From assembly GCA_964422435.1 (NCBI GenBank), contig CAYRBB010000007.1, forward strand, positions 12,363-76,362: 64,000 nucleotides of DNA. The letters are read 5' to 3'. This DNA comes from an uncultured Sphingomonadaceae bacterium. Its GTDB lineage: Bacteria > Pseudomonadota > Alphaproteobacteria > Sphingomonadales > Sphingomonadaceae. The notes beneath the pieces were generated by a model. That model saw only the letters and a list, made by a program, of their open reading frames with translations. It had not been told where the DNA came from and searched no databases. A program made the position numbers and the translations under genes. This document shows positions 48,886 through 58,088 of the stretch, piece by piece. Position 1 is the stretch's first letter. Each line of letters starts with the position of its first letter.

Positions 48886-49109
48886 AGAAATTCGCTTTCG
48901 TGCGAGGCTGGGTGCGGTCGCGAGCCGGACACAAGTGTCACCAATTCACAACATTGTAAGCAACCTTTCACAATTGCCCACAGGCGGGGGATTGACCCGC
49001 TGCCCCTCCCAATGGTCATCCGTAAATCCCACTCCAACCGTCGGCAAAGCCGATTCTTGTCATACCTTCCCGCCGGACCATCCATTCCGGCCATTTCGGG
49101 AGCCCTTTT

Positions 49110-51446
49110 ATGACCAAGCGCGCAATCGCCCTTCTCACTACCTCTTCCATTTTCTCCGCCATGATACTTGCCACGCCGGCTGCGGCGCAAGACCAGCAAC
49201 AGACGGAACAGGACACGGGCCTTGGCACGATCATCGTGACCGCTCGCCGCAGCGAAGAGAACATCCAGGATGTGCCGATTTCTGTAAGCGCGCTGGACGA
49301 TGATGCACTGACCGCAATCAATTCGAGCGGGCAGGACATTCGCGCGCTTTCGGGCCGTGTCCCCAGCCTTTTGGTTGAAAGCTCCTTCGGGCGCACCTTT
49401 CCGCGCTTCTATATTCGCGGCCTCGGTAATACCGACTTCGACTTGAACGCCGCCCAACCGGTCAGTCTTGTCTATGACGACGTAGTGCTGGAAAATCCCA
49501 TTCTGAAGGGCTTTCCGGTGTTCGATATGCAGCAAATCGAGGTTCTGCGAGGTCCGCAGGGAACGCTGTTTGGCCGCAACACCCCGGCAGGCATCGTCAA
49601 GTTCGACACTGTCGAGCCGACCTTCGAGACAACAGGTTATGCGCAGGCGTCCTATGGCAGCTTCAACGCCGTCAATGCCGAGGCCGCTGTCAATTTCGCG
49701 GTGGGCGAAGGTGCCGCATTGCGTATTTCCGGGCTATATCAGCGGCAGGATGACTGGGTGGACAACGTCCTCCCCTCCGGCACTACCGAAGATGCTTTCG
49801 GCGGCTATGACGAGCTGGCCCTGCGCGCGCAGTTCCTGCTCGAGCCGACCGACAATTTCGAAATCCTGTTGACCGGCCAGCTGCGCGATCTGGACGGGAC
49901 AGCGCGCCTGTTCCGTGCCAACAATTTCACCCGGGGCCAGGAAGGCCTCAACGCCAATTTCGATCGCGACGAGGTTTCGATCGACGGTCAGAACGAGCAG
50001 AGCGTCCAAACACAGAACCTTGCCGCGCGCGTGACGCTCGACCTTGGCGCTGTGTCGATTATTTCGGTCACCAGCTACTGGCACGGAGAGTCTACTTCGG
50101 TCGGTGACGTCGATGGCGGATTTGGCGCCAATTTCCTGCCGGCCGGTCTGTTCGGCCCGGGTGATATCCCCTTCACCGCCGAAACCCGCGATTCGATCCC
50201 CGATCTCGACCAGTTCACGCAGGAAATCCGTATTGCGAGCAACGGCAGCGGGCCGCTCAGCTATCAGGCTGGCATCTTCTATTTCGACGAGACGCTGAGT
50301 ATTGAGAGCGAGAACTATTCCACCCTTGGTGATCCACTCAACCAGCCGGGCGGAGTCAATATCTTCGTCACGCAAGGACAGGAAAGCGAGGCCATCGGCA
50401 TTTTTGGGTCTGTGACCTATGATTTGACCGAGCAACTGAGCCTGACGGGCGGTATTCGCTACAATGACGATAGCCGTGATTTCACCGCTTCGCGCATTTC
50501 GGACACGCAATTCCCGGAGTTCCTGCAAAATCCGTTGGGCACCGTAACGCGCAGGGTCAGCGACGATACGATAACATGGGACATCAGCGCAGCCTACGAA
50601 GCATCGGAAGATGTAAACCTGTATGCCCGCGTCGCCCGCGGCTATCGCGCGCCGAGCATCCAGGGTCGCTTGCTGTTCCCGCCCGCCACGGCGACGCCGC
50701 TGGAAGACGGCGTGACGATTGCCGATTCGGAAACGATCACGTCCTACGAGGCCGGCATCAAGACGACTTTCTGGGATGGGCGAGCCCGCGTGAATCTCGG
50801 CGGTTTCCTCTATGATCTGAACAATGCGCAGCTGACCGCTGTGGGCGGCAACGTCAACGCCAACCGCCTGATCAATGCAGACAATGTACGCGGCTATGGC
50901 TTCGAGCTGGATGCGCAGCTCGCGCCTGCAGATGGGCTGACCTTCACAGCAGGGCTAAGCTACAACGATACGGAGATCCAGGATGAAGGCCTGACCACTG
51001 CAGCCTGCGGCGGCACGCGGGTCGACACTTTCCCGGATGTGTCGCTCTGCACCGTTACCGATCCGATCGTGACTCCTGCTGCTCCTTTCGCGGCGGCCAT
51101 CGTCAATATTGACGGGAACAGCCTGCCCCAGGCGCCCAAATGGATCGCCAACTGGACCGCACGCTACGAATTCCCCGTGGGCGACGGCGATGTTTACGTT
51201 TTCACCGACTGGGCATACCGTTCGCGGATCAACTTCTTCCTCTACGAAAGCGTCGAGTTCCAGGATGACAGCCTGCTCGAAGGTGGCCTGCGCGTGGGTT
51301 GGCAAAACGATCGCTTCGAAGTGGCCGGTTTCGTGCGCAACATCACCAATGATGAAAGCGCCGTAAGCGGGATCGACTTCAACAACCTGACTGCAATGGT
51401 CAATGAACCGCGCGTCTGGGGCGTGTTTGCAGGGATGCGGTTCTAG
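49110..51446 (+). CDS. TonB-dependent receptor
   Basis: Signal peptide; TonB box-like TIIVTARR; plug IEVLRGPQGTLFGRNTPAG; C-terminal EPRVWGVFAGMRF. Confidence 0.95.
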   Translation: MTKRAIALLTTSSIFSAMILATPAAAQDQQQTEQDTGLGTIIVTARRSEENIQDVPISVSALDDDALTAINSSGQDIRALSGRVPSLLVESSFGRTFPRFYIRGLGNTDFDLNAAQPVSLVYDDVVLENPILKGFPVFDMQQIEVLRGPQGTLFGRNTPAGIVKFDTVEPTFETTGYAQASYGSFNAVNAEAAVNFAVGEGAALRISGLYQRQDDWVDNVLPSGTTEDAFGGYDELALRAQFLLEPTDNFEILLTGQLRDLDGTARLFRANNFTRGQEGLNANFDRDEVSIDGQNEQSVQTQNLAARVTLDLGAVSIISVTSYWHGESTSVGDVDGGFGANFLPAGLFGPGDIPFTAETRDSIPDLDQFTQEIRIASNGSGPLSYQAGIFYFDETLSIESENYSTLGDPLNQPGGVNIFVTQGQESEAIGIFGSVTYDLTEQLSLTGGIRYNDDSRDFTASRISDTQFPEFLQNPLGTVTRRVSDDTITWDISAAYEASEDVNLYARVARGYRAPSIQGRLLFPPATATPLEDGVTIADSETITSYEAGIKTTFWDGRARVNLGGFLYDLNNAQLTAVGGNVNANRLINADNVRGYGFELDAQLAPADGLTFTAGLSYNDTEIQDEGLTTAACGGTRVDTFPDVSLCTVTDPIVTPAAPFAAAIVNIDGNSLPQAPKWIANWTARYEFPVGDGDVYVFTDWAYRSRINFFLYESVEFQDDSLLEGGLRVGWQNDRFEVAGFVRNITNDESAVSGIDFNNLTAMVNEPRVWGVFAGMRF

Positions 51447-51450
51447 GAGG

Positions 51451-51933
51451 TCAGGTCGCTTCGCCGCCGAAAGGCTTGTTCAGCTGGACGATTTTCCAGT
51501 TGAGCACGGTGGCGAAGCTGACCCATGCGAGGTAGGGGACGACCAGCAAGGGCGCGAGGTCGTCCCACCGCCCGAGGGTCAGGACCAGCGCCAGCACGCT
51601 AAGCCACAGGAACGGCACTTCGACGAGCGCCCAATCCGGACGACGTAGAGTGAAGAAGATCGGCGACCAGACGAAATTGGCGATACCGTTGATCGCGTAG
51701 AGCGCGATCAGCAGCGAAGTCTCCTCCGCAAGCTCCGCCGCATCCCAGCTGCGCACGAAAGCCCATGCGGCGAGGCCAAAGATCGTCGTCCATGCCGGGC
51801 CGAACAGCCAGTCCGGCGGCTGCCAGCTCGGCTTTTTGAGGTTGTAATACCACTCGCCAATCGTCGTAAGCAGCGCCCCACCCGCTCCGAGGATGAGCGC
51901 CCATGCGATGGCAAAGATGAGAGGGAAGGTCAT
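51451..51933 (-). CDS. tspO: TspO/MBR family membrane protein
   Basis: WYYNLKKPSWQPPDWLFGPAWT, NFVWSPIFF, PYLAWVSFATVLN. Confidence 0.93.
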   Translation of the reverse strand: MTFPLIFAIAWALILGAGGALLTTIGEWYYNLKKPSWQPPDWLFGPAWTTIFGLAAWAFVRSWDAAELAEETSLLIALYAINGIANFVWSPIFFTLRRPDWALVEVPFLWLSVLALVLTLGRWDDLAPLLVVPYLAWVSFATVLNWKIVQLNKPFGGEAT

Positions 51934-51936
51934 TGG

Positions 51937-52584
51937 CTATTGCTTCGGCGTAAAGTTTATCGGCGACCCCAGCGACTTCCATTCGAGCATAGAGCTGAGT
52001 AGCTCGGGCGTCGGATAATCCTCAATATCCTCCTCGGAGAAGCCAGCGCCAAGCTGCTTCTCATAGTGCCATGCCTGAAAATCAGCATATCTCGCCAAAA
52101 TTCTCGAAGCCCCAGGAGCTTGAATATCAGCTTCGCTGACAAGCCAATTCCTGACCTTACGAACCGCCTTTTGGAAATCGGCCTGATGAATCTGAATGTC
52201 CGAACCAGCAATGTCGGAAAGCGCCGCTTGGTACCTATATCGTTTTTCATCGAGGACCAGGAACCTCTTTTCGGCTCGACCTTCTCCAAACCAACGTCTA
52301 CACGCCCAGTCAACACCGTACTCAAATGGCATATTTAGCCTAAAAAACTCTCCTGGCTTGCTCGATTGCGAGCGACTCAAGTCATGTATCGAGAACTTCG
52401 AGTCTCTTATCAGGTCGGCAATCTTGTGCAGTCTGATCTCACCGGAATCGCTTCGCTCCTTGGCCAGCCTAGGCGACAGTCCCAAGTCCACAACGCAAAA
52501 CAAAATCGCCTGAAGAATTGGCTCATAATCTTCATCAAAGGGACAGTTGATGAAGACCGAAGCTTCAAATGTTGGGCTCGACAA
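51937..52584 (-). CDS. Hypothetical protein, nucleoside 2-deoxyribosyltransferase/TIR-like fold predicted
   Basis: VFINCPFD...KIADLIRDSKFSIHDLS...LNMPFEYG...LSDIAG; pattern resembles NDT-like D-L-S/T..NxxxE(L/Y)G; low GC. Confidence 0.65.
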   Translation of the reverse strand: MSSPTFEASVFINCPFDEDYEPILQAILFCVVDLGLSPRLAKERSDSGEIRLHKIADLIRDSKFSIHDLSRSQSSKPGEFFRLNMPFEYGVDWACRRWFGEGRAEKRFLVLDEKRYRYQAALSDIAGSDIQIHQADFQKAVRKVRNWLVSEADIQAPGASRILARYADFQAWHYEKQLGAGFSEEDIEDYPTPELLSSMLEWKSLGSPINFTPKQ

Positions 52585-52589
52585 AAATG

Positions 52590-52814
52590 TCAGCCTTTGG
52601 GAGGATGCGGATCATTCCCATAGGAATTCCGCTCCCTGATCCGTCCATCTTTGCCATGGATATAAAGCTCGGTTTGCTGATTTCGCGCTATGGACGTAGC
52701 CTTTTCAATGGCTTGCTTCTGTGTTGGATAGGTGGCCGAAGCACGTGATGCGCCCGACTTGCGCACACTCCATTTTCTTCCGTTGGGGACGACATGCTGT
52801 CCAGCTTTTGACAT
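52590..52814 (-). CDS. DUF2188-family small basic protein
   Basis: QHVVPN..WSVRKSGASRAS..TQKQAI..ELYIHGKDGRIRERNSYGNDPHPPKG; SD AAAGGA. Confidence 0.88.
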   Translation of the reverse strand: MSKAGQHVVPNGRKWSVRKSGASRASATYPTQKQAIEKATSIARNQQTELYIHGKDGRIRERNSYGNDPHPPKG

Positions 52815-52841
52815 TCAGGCGAGTTCCTTTCTTTAAAATTC

Positions 52842-52869
52842 AGTATAGCTATATTTATCAGAAAATGAA
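52842..52869 (-). promoter_or_regulatory. Promoter of the DUF2188 cassette with overlapping palindrome
   Basis: Minus strand TTCATT-N16-TATACT (GC-extended -10); TATAGCTATA palindrome at 52844-52853. Confidence 0.5.
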
Positions 52870-52887
52870 GCCTGCTTCGTGCCAAAC

Positions 52888-54417
52888 TCACCCCACCCCG
52901 GCAGCCTTCAGCAGCGCTTCGGTGCTCGCATCGAACCGCTCGCCGCCTTTTTCGATCTTTTTCGCGATCTCTTTGCCCAGTTCCACACCGAACTGGTCGA
53001 AGGGGTTGATGTCCATCAGCACTGCGTTCGCGAAGGTACGGTGTTCGTGGAAGGCGATCAGGGCGCCGAAAGTGCAGGCGTCGATATCGTCGCACAGAAT
53101 CGTCGCGCTCGGGCGATTGCCGGGGTAGTTGCGATGCGGATCGTCGCTCGACTTGCCCGCCATCAACGCTGCGCCTTGCGCGAAACAGTTCATCAGCAGG
53201 ATCGTGTGGTGCGCCGCGTCCAGCGTGTCGCCTGCTTCCACGCTGGCGATGAAGTCTATCGGGACCAAATGCGTGCCCTGGTGGAGCAGCTGGAAAACCG
53301 CGTGCTGCGCGTCTGTACCCACCCCGCCCCAGGTAATCGGCGCGGTCGGGCCGCTGGGCTGGCCATCGACCGTCACGCTTTTGCCGTTAGACTCCATTTC
53401 CAACTGCTGGAGGTAGTCTGGCAGCAGCCGTAGCCGCTCGTCATAGGCGAAGACCGCGCGGGTCTGCGCGCCCTTGATCCGGGCATACAGCAGGTCGGCA
53501 AAAGCCGCGCGCAGCGGAAGGTTGTCTCGCCCGTTCACATCGCGGAAATGCTCGTCCACCCGCGCAGCGCCATCAAGCATGGCCTGGAAATCGTCCCAGC
53601 CCACCGCGACAGCCACGGGAAAGCCGATGGAGGACCAGAGCGAATATCGCCCGCCCACGCTTTCGGCGAACGGCAGAATACGCGTTTCGTCGACGCCCCA
53701 TTCCACCGCCTTTTCCGGCGCGGCCGTGAGCGCGATGACCCGGCCACTTGCATCCGCCACGCCATTATCGGCGAGCCATTTCAGCGCACTCTGGGCGTTG
53801 GTCATCGTCTCGATCGTGGTGAAGGTCTTGGAAGCAACCGCAAGGAAAGTGGTTGCCGGGTCGCAGGCTTCGAAAGCCTCTTCCAACGCGACGCCATCAA
53901 TGTTGGAAACAACATGCACGTCCACCAGCGGCAAGTCGCGCGCGAGTGCGTCCACCGCCAGGTCCGGCCCCAGCGCGCTGCCGCCAATGCCGACATGGAT
54001 CAGGTGCTTGATCTCTCCAAACGCGCCTTCATGCAGCGCGCTGACGAGCAGCCGCATGCGTTCGCGCAAAGCCTCGGCCTCCTCGACCGAGGTCTCGCGC
54101 CCGACGCCACGCAATGCCGAATGTTCTGCAGCGCGACCTTCCGTGGGGTTCACTTCCTCGCCGGCGAAAAGTCTGGCCCGCATGCGATTAAAATCGCTCG
54201 CCTCGGCCAGCGTTTCAAAGTCGGCAAGCAAGTCGTCGGTCAGGTGTGTCTTCGACCAGTCGAACAGTACGCCAGTCGTTACCTGGTCTTCGCAATGCAA
54301 TTCCAATCGCGTTGCCAGCTTGTCCACCCGGTCAGCATCGGCAGCGAACAGCTCCTCAAGCGTAGGATCGGTATGGAGGGCGATCTTTTTCCAGGCATCG
54401 TCGCGGCTGAGGGTCAA
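52888..54417 (-). CDS. pgi: Glucose-6-phosphate isomerase
   Basis: GIGGSALG, VASKTFTT, VGGRYSLWS, QQLEMESNGK, FDQFGVELGK; TTG start at 54417 after AGGA. Confidence 0.97.
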   Translation of the reverse strand: MTLSRDDAWKKIALHTDPTLEELFAADADRVDKLATRLELHCEDQVTTGVLFDWSKTHLTDDLLADFETLAEASDFNRMRARLFAGEEVNPTEGRAAEHSALRGVGRETSVEEAEALRERMRLLVSALHEGAFGEIKHLIHVGIGGSALGPDLAVDALARDLPLVDVHVVSNIDGVALEEAFEACDPATTFLAVASKTFTTIETMTNAQSALKWLADNGVADASGRVIALTAAPEKAVEWGVDETRILPFAESVGGRYSLWSSIGFPVAVAVGWDDFQAMLDGAARVDEHFRDVNGRDNLPLRAAFADLLYARIKGAQTRAVFAYDERLRLLPDYLQQLEMESNGKSVTVDGQPSGPTAPITWGGVGTDAQHAVFQLLHQGTHLVPIDFIASVEAGDTLDAAHHTILLMNCFAQGAALMAGKSSDDPHRNYPGNRPSATILCDDIDACTFGALIAFHEHRTFANAVLMDINPFDQFGVELGKEIAKKIEKGGERFDASTEALLKAAGVG

Positions 54418-54548
54418 AGGGAAATCCTTTCCTAAGATTATCTCTTTATCGCTAGGCGCTTCGTTCATGAATGGAAACCGCAAATACCTATGCACAGTAG
54501 CGCTTTCCGCTCCGAGCTACGTCCGCGTGCGTTTATTCTCCAGAACAC

Positions 54549-54564
54549 TGTGACACCTGTCACA
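54549..54564. promoter_or_regulatory. Perfect TGTGA-N6-TCACA palindrome (CRP-type box) in the pgi/lepB divergent region
   Basis: TGTGA-cacctg-TCACA; arms extend to TGTGAC/GTCACA. Confidence 0.45.
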
Positions 54565-54659
54565 CCCATGCCTTTCCAAGCGTAAAAATAGCCAAAAAAG
54601 ACCGACAAGCCATCACTGCGCTTGACCTTCGCCGCGCGCCGCAACAAGGCTCTTCCGCG

Positions 54660-55514
54660 ATGAGTGAAGAGCATATCAGAGAGATCGACGAACCTGCCGT
54701 TGCCCCTGCGGCAGCCGAGGCTAGAAAGGATACGAAAGAGGAGAGCTGGGCCAGCTTTGGCTGGTTCCTGGTGAAGCTGGTGATCGTGGTGCTGATCTTC
54801 CGCACCTTCTTCTTCACCTCCTTCAACATTCCGTCCGAAAGCATGATGCCCCGCCTGCTCGTGGGTGATTACCTGTTCAGCCAGAAGTGGTCCTACGGCT
54901 ATTCGCGCTATTCGTTGCCGTTTGACGTGGATGTCGGCGATGGCCGCATCTTCGCCAGCCAACCCGACCGCGGCGATATTGTCATCTTCAAGCATCCCAT
55001 CGACCATTCGGACTATATCAAGCGTGTCATTGGCCTGCCGGGGGATACGGTGCAGATGGTCGACGGTGTGCTCAACCTTAATGGCGCGCCTGTCGGCATG
55101 GAGCGGATCGAGGACTTCGTAATCCCCGTGCGTCCCGGCGAAAGGTGCCGTGGCATGCAGAGCGCCGCTCCAAGAGAAGATGGCCGGCAGGTCTGCACCT
55201 ACACCCAGTTCCGGGAAACGCTGCCAACCGGCGTGTCCTACAACACGCTCGATCTCGGGCAGACGCCGAAGGATGATACGCCACCCGTAATCGTGCCCGA
55301 AGGCATGTTGTTCCTCATGGGCGATAATCGTGACAACTCGCTGGACAGCCGCTTCCCGGCAGAGCCCGAACGCGGCATCGGCCTGGTCCCGCAGCAGAAC
55401 CTCGTCGCCGAAGCGAGCTTTATGTACTGGTCGACTGACGGCACCGCCGAATGGTTGCTCCCGTGGACATGGTTCTCTGCTGCCAGGTGGAGCCGTATCG
55501 GGGACGGCATTTGA
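54660..55514 (+). CDS. lepB: Signal peptidase I
   Basis: IPSESMMPRL, DYIKRVIG, GDNRDNSLDSR. Confidence 0.97.
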   Translation: MSEEHIREIDEPAVAPAAAEARKDTKEESWASFGWFLVKLVIVVLIFRTFFFTSFNIPSESMMPRLLVGDYLFSQKWSYGYSRYSLPFDVDVGDGRIFASQPDRGDIVIFKHPIDHSDYIKRVIGLPGDTVQMVDGVLNLNGAPVGMERIEDFVIPVRPGERCRGMQSAAPREDGRQVCTYTQFRETLPTGVSYNTLDLGQTPKDDTPPVIVPEGMLFLMGDNRDNSLDSRFPAEPERGIGLVPQQNLVAEASFMYWSTDGTAEWLLPWTWFSAARWSRIGDGI

Positions 55515-56182
55515 GCGGCCTAAGCGGCGATACGCTGGCATGGCTGGAGCAAACCGGCTTTACCGTTCGCGACGAAAGCCTGTGGCGTGAAGCATTGACC
55601 CATGGCAGCACCGGTGAAGCCCGCGACTACCAGCGGCTCGAGTTCCTGGGAGATCGGGTGCTGGGCCTGACTATCGCCAACTCGCTCTACACCAATGGTC
55701 GCAATGCGGAGGGCCGCATGGCGCAGCGCCTGAATGCGCTTGTTAGCAAGCAGACCTGCGCAGATCGCGCCCGCGAAATCGACATCTCTCCGCATGTCAT
55801 CATGGGCAAGCAGGCCCGCGAAGACGGCGCGCATGACAGCGACAATGTGCTCGGGGATATCATGGAGTCACTGCTGGGTGCCAACTTCATCGAAGCCGGG
55901 TTCGACACCACACAAGCTCTTATCCGCGAGTTGTGGGAAGGCCCCCTGAAGGGCAAAACCGGACAGGCAAAGCATCCGAAGAGTGCCTTACAGGAATGGG
56001 CTGCGGGTAATGATCGCCGACCGCCCGAATACGAGGTGATCGACATACAAGGCCCGGATCACGCCCGCCGCTTTACGGTGCGTGTGAGTGTGCACAAGGT
56101 CGGTGACGTAGAGGCCACCGCGAACGGCAAGCGCGATGCTGAAACCGCTGCTGCAAGGCTCTTCATGGAGACATTCGGATGA
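55511..56182 (+). CDS. rnc: Ribonuclease III
   Basis: YQRLEFLGDRVLG, DIMESLLGA, dsRBD KSALQEW; TTGA overlap with lepB. Confidence 0.96.
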   Translation: MSGLSGDTLAWLEQTGFTVRDESLWREALTHGSTGEARDYQRLEFLGDRVLGLTIANSLYTNGRNAEGRMAQRLNALVSKQTCADRAREIDISPHVIMGKQAREDGAHDSDNVLGDIMESLLGANFIEAGFDTTQALIRELWEGPLKGKTGQAKHPKSALQEWAAGNDRRPPEYEVIDIQGPDHARRFTVRVSVHKVGDVEATANGKRDAETAAARLFMETFG

Positions 56183-57081
56183 GCCAGAGCGAAACCAGAT
56201 GCGGTCTCGTGGCCGTGATCGGCGCCCCGAATGCGGGCAAGAGCACGCTGGTGAACCAGCTGGTGGGACAGAAGGTCGCGATCACCTCTGCCAAGGCGCA
56301 AACGACACGTGCGCGGCTGCTGGGAATCGCGCTGGAAAAAGAAACGCAGATCCTGCTGGTCGATACGCCCGGCATCTTTGAGCCCAAGCGCCGCCTTGAC
56401 CGCGCGATGGTTAGCGCAGCGTGGGAAGGCACGACCGCTGCCGACGCCGTGCTGCTGGTAGTCGATCCGGTCAAGCAGCGCCGGCACGAGCTGATGCCCC
56501 TGCTCGAAAGCCTGAAGGATCGTCCCGAACGCAAGATCCTCGTCCTCAACAAGGTCGATGCAAGTCCCAAGGAGCCATTGCTGGCGCTCGCACAGGAACT
56601 GATGGGCGAAGTCCAGTTCGGCGAAGTCTACTTCGTCTCTGCGCTCACTGGCGATGGTGTACCCGAATTGAAGGGGCGGCTTGCGGATATGATGCCCGAA
56701 GGACCGTGGCACTATCCGGAAGACCAGGTTTCGGACGCTTCCGAGCGCCTGCTAGCCGCCGAAGTGACACGCGAACAGCTCTATCGCCAGCTGCACGAGG
56801 AACTGCCCTACGATGCTGCCGTGCGTCCCGAGAGCTACGAACAGCGATCGGATGGAAGCATCGAAATCCGCCAACAGATAGTGATCGCGCGCGACAGTCA
56901 GAAACCCATCGTACTCGGCAAAGGTGGACGCCGGATCAAAGAGATCGGCGAAGCTGCACGCAAGGAATTGTCAGAGATCCTCGGCCAGAAGGTCCATCTC
57001 TTCCTCCATGTCAAAGTGGACGAACGCTGGTCCGAAAGCCGCGAGGTCTACGAGGAAATGGGGCTGGACTGGGTCAGATAA
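56179..57081 (+). CDS. era: GTPase Era
   Basis: GAPNAGKST, QTTR, DTPG, NKVD, KH domain ELPY..GKGG. Confidence 0.97.
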   Translation: MSQSETRCGLVAVIGAPNAGKSTLVNQLVGQKVAITSAKAQTTRARLLGIALEKETQILLVDTPGIFEPKRRLDRAMVSAAWEGTTAADAVLLVVDPVKQRRHELMPLLESLKDRPERKILVLNKVDASPKEPLLALAQELMGEVQFGEVYFVSALTGDGVPELKGRLADMMPEGPWHYPEDQVSDASERLLAAEVTREQLYRQLHEELPYDAAVRPESYEQRSDGSIEIRQQIVIARDSQKPIVLGKGGRRIKEIGEAARKELSEILGQKVHLFLHVKVDERWSESREVYEEMGLDWVR

Positions 57082-57733
57082 CCCCCAGCTTACGCAGCTT
57101 TGCTGTCAGGCTCTTCTCGTTGAAGGGCTTCACCACATAGTCGTCCGCTCCGGAATCGATGCCTTTGTGAATGTCCTCGGCCTCACCCTTGGATGTGCAG
57201 AAGACGACCTTTACTGCATCCGCACCCGGCAGCTTGCGCATGGCGGCAACAAAGGTCGGGCCGTCCATCACCGGCATATCCCAATCAGTCAGCACCAGAT
57301 GCGGCATAGCGGCCTTGCAACGAACCAATGCCTCTTCCCCATTTTCGGCCTCGACAACGGTAAAACCAAGGCCTGAAGCAATTCCGTGTGCAACCTTGCG
57401 AATAACCCGACTGTCATCGATTACGAGGCAAATTTTTCCCTTGACGCTTGGAGAAACGGAACCATCCCGGGCAGCCTTGGCAGCCTTAACGATCGCTTCA
57501 GTAGAATCAGCCGGTGCTTCTTCGTCCCGGGGCTCGGAAGCCAGGTCAGTCAGTTCCAGTACGTCCTCAGGCGTATCGATTTCTGCCTCTGCATCCAGCT
57601 CCGGCTCGTCCTGTGAAATGCTCGTCTGTGAAGCCTTGCGGTTGGCGGCGAGGCGTTCGGCGAGTGTCATCGCATTTGTAGCCTGGCCCTTTTCGGCAAG
57701 CGGGCCCGTACGGCGCTTGATGAGATGTTGCAT
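57074..57733 (-). CDS. CheY-like receiver with a ~95-aa acidic N-terminal extension
   Basis: CLVIDDS, LTDWDMPVMDG, FCTS, YVVKPF; disordered acidic N-terminus. Confidence 0.88.
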   Translation of the reverse strand: MQHLIKRRTGPLAEKGQATNAMTLAERLAANRKASQTSISQDEPELDAEAEIDTPEDVLELTDLASEPRDEEAPADSTEAIVKAAKAARDGSVSPSVKGKICLVIDDSRVIRKVAHGIASGLGFTVVEAENGEEALVRCKAAMPHLVLTDWDMPVMDGPTFVAAMRKLPGADAVKVVFCTSKGEAEDIHKGIDSGADDYVVKPFNEKSLTAKLRKLGVI

Positions 57734-57751
57734 CTTTCGGTTCCTCCCGCC

Positions 57752-57991
57752 TCAGTACCGTCCGCCGGCAACCGCAGTCACCGTGGCAGCAGATGCTGCA
57801 CGAACATGAATGTAAGGCGTCCAGATATCGCCGAATTCGGCCTTCTGATACCACACGTCGAGCACGTCATACTGCTCGTAAATGCCGCTTTCCTCACGCA
57901 AGCGAATTCCCTCACCAATGCGCGGCACGGAAGCGAAGCGCAGGCGTTGCTGCGTCTGGTGTGTCTCGTTCTGGATTTCGATCTCGATCAC
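57752..57991 (-). CDS. 79-aa hypothetical protein
   Basis: GTG start after GAGG; protein-like composition (VPRIGEGIRL..YDVLDVWYQ); 18 nt upstream of the receiver gene. Confidence 0.65.
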   Translation of the reverse strand: MIEIEIQNETHQTQQRLRFASVPRIGEGIRLREESGIYEQYDVLDVWYQKAEFGDIWTPYIHVRAASAATVTAVAGGRY

Positions 57992-58088
57992 TTGGCAGGT
58001 CCTCGATTGATGACGCCTGCCTACCGGGCATTTCTTGATTATTTACCAACGCGGATGCCGCTATGCGATGAGTGGTGCAAAACGACGC

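Noticed and set aside
46151-52584. Calling the SIR2-like and NDT/TIR-like genes a Thoeris system
   Set aside because: The SIR2 protein lacks a SLOG/Macro sensor domain, and the genes are separated by three unrelated genes and differ in GC content.
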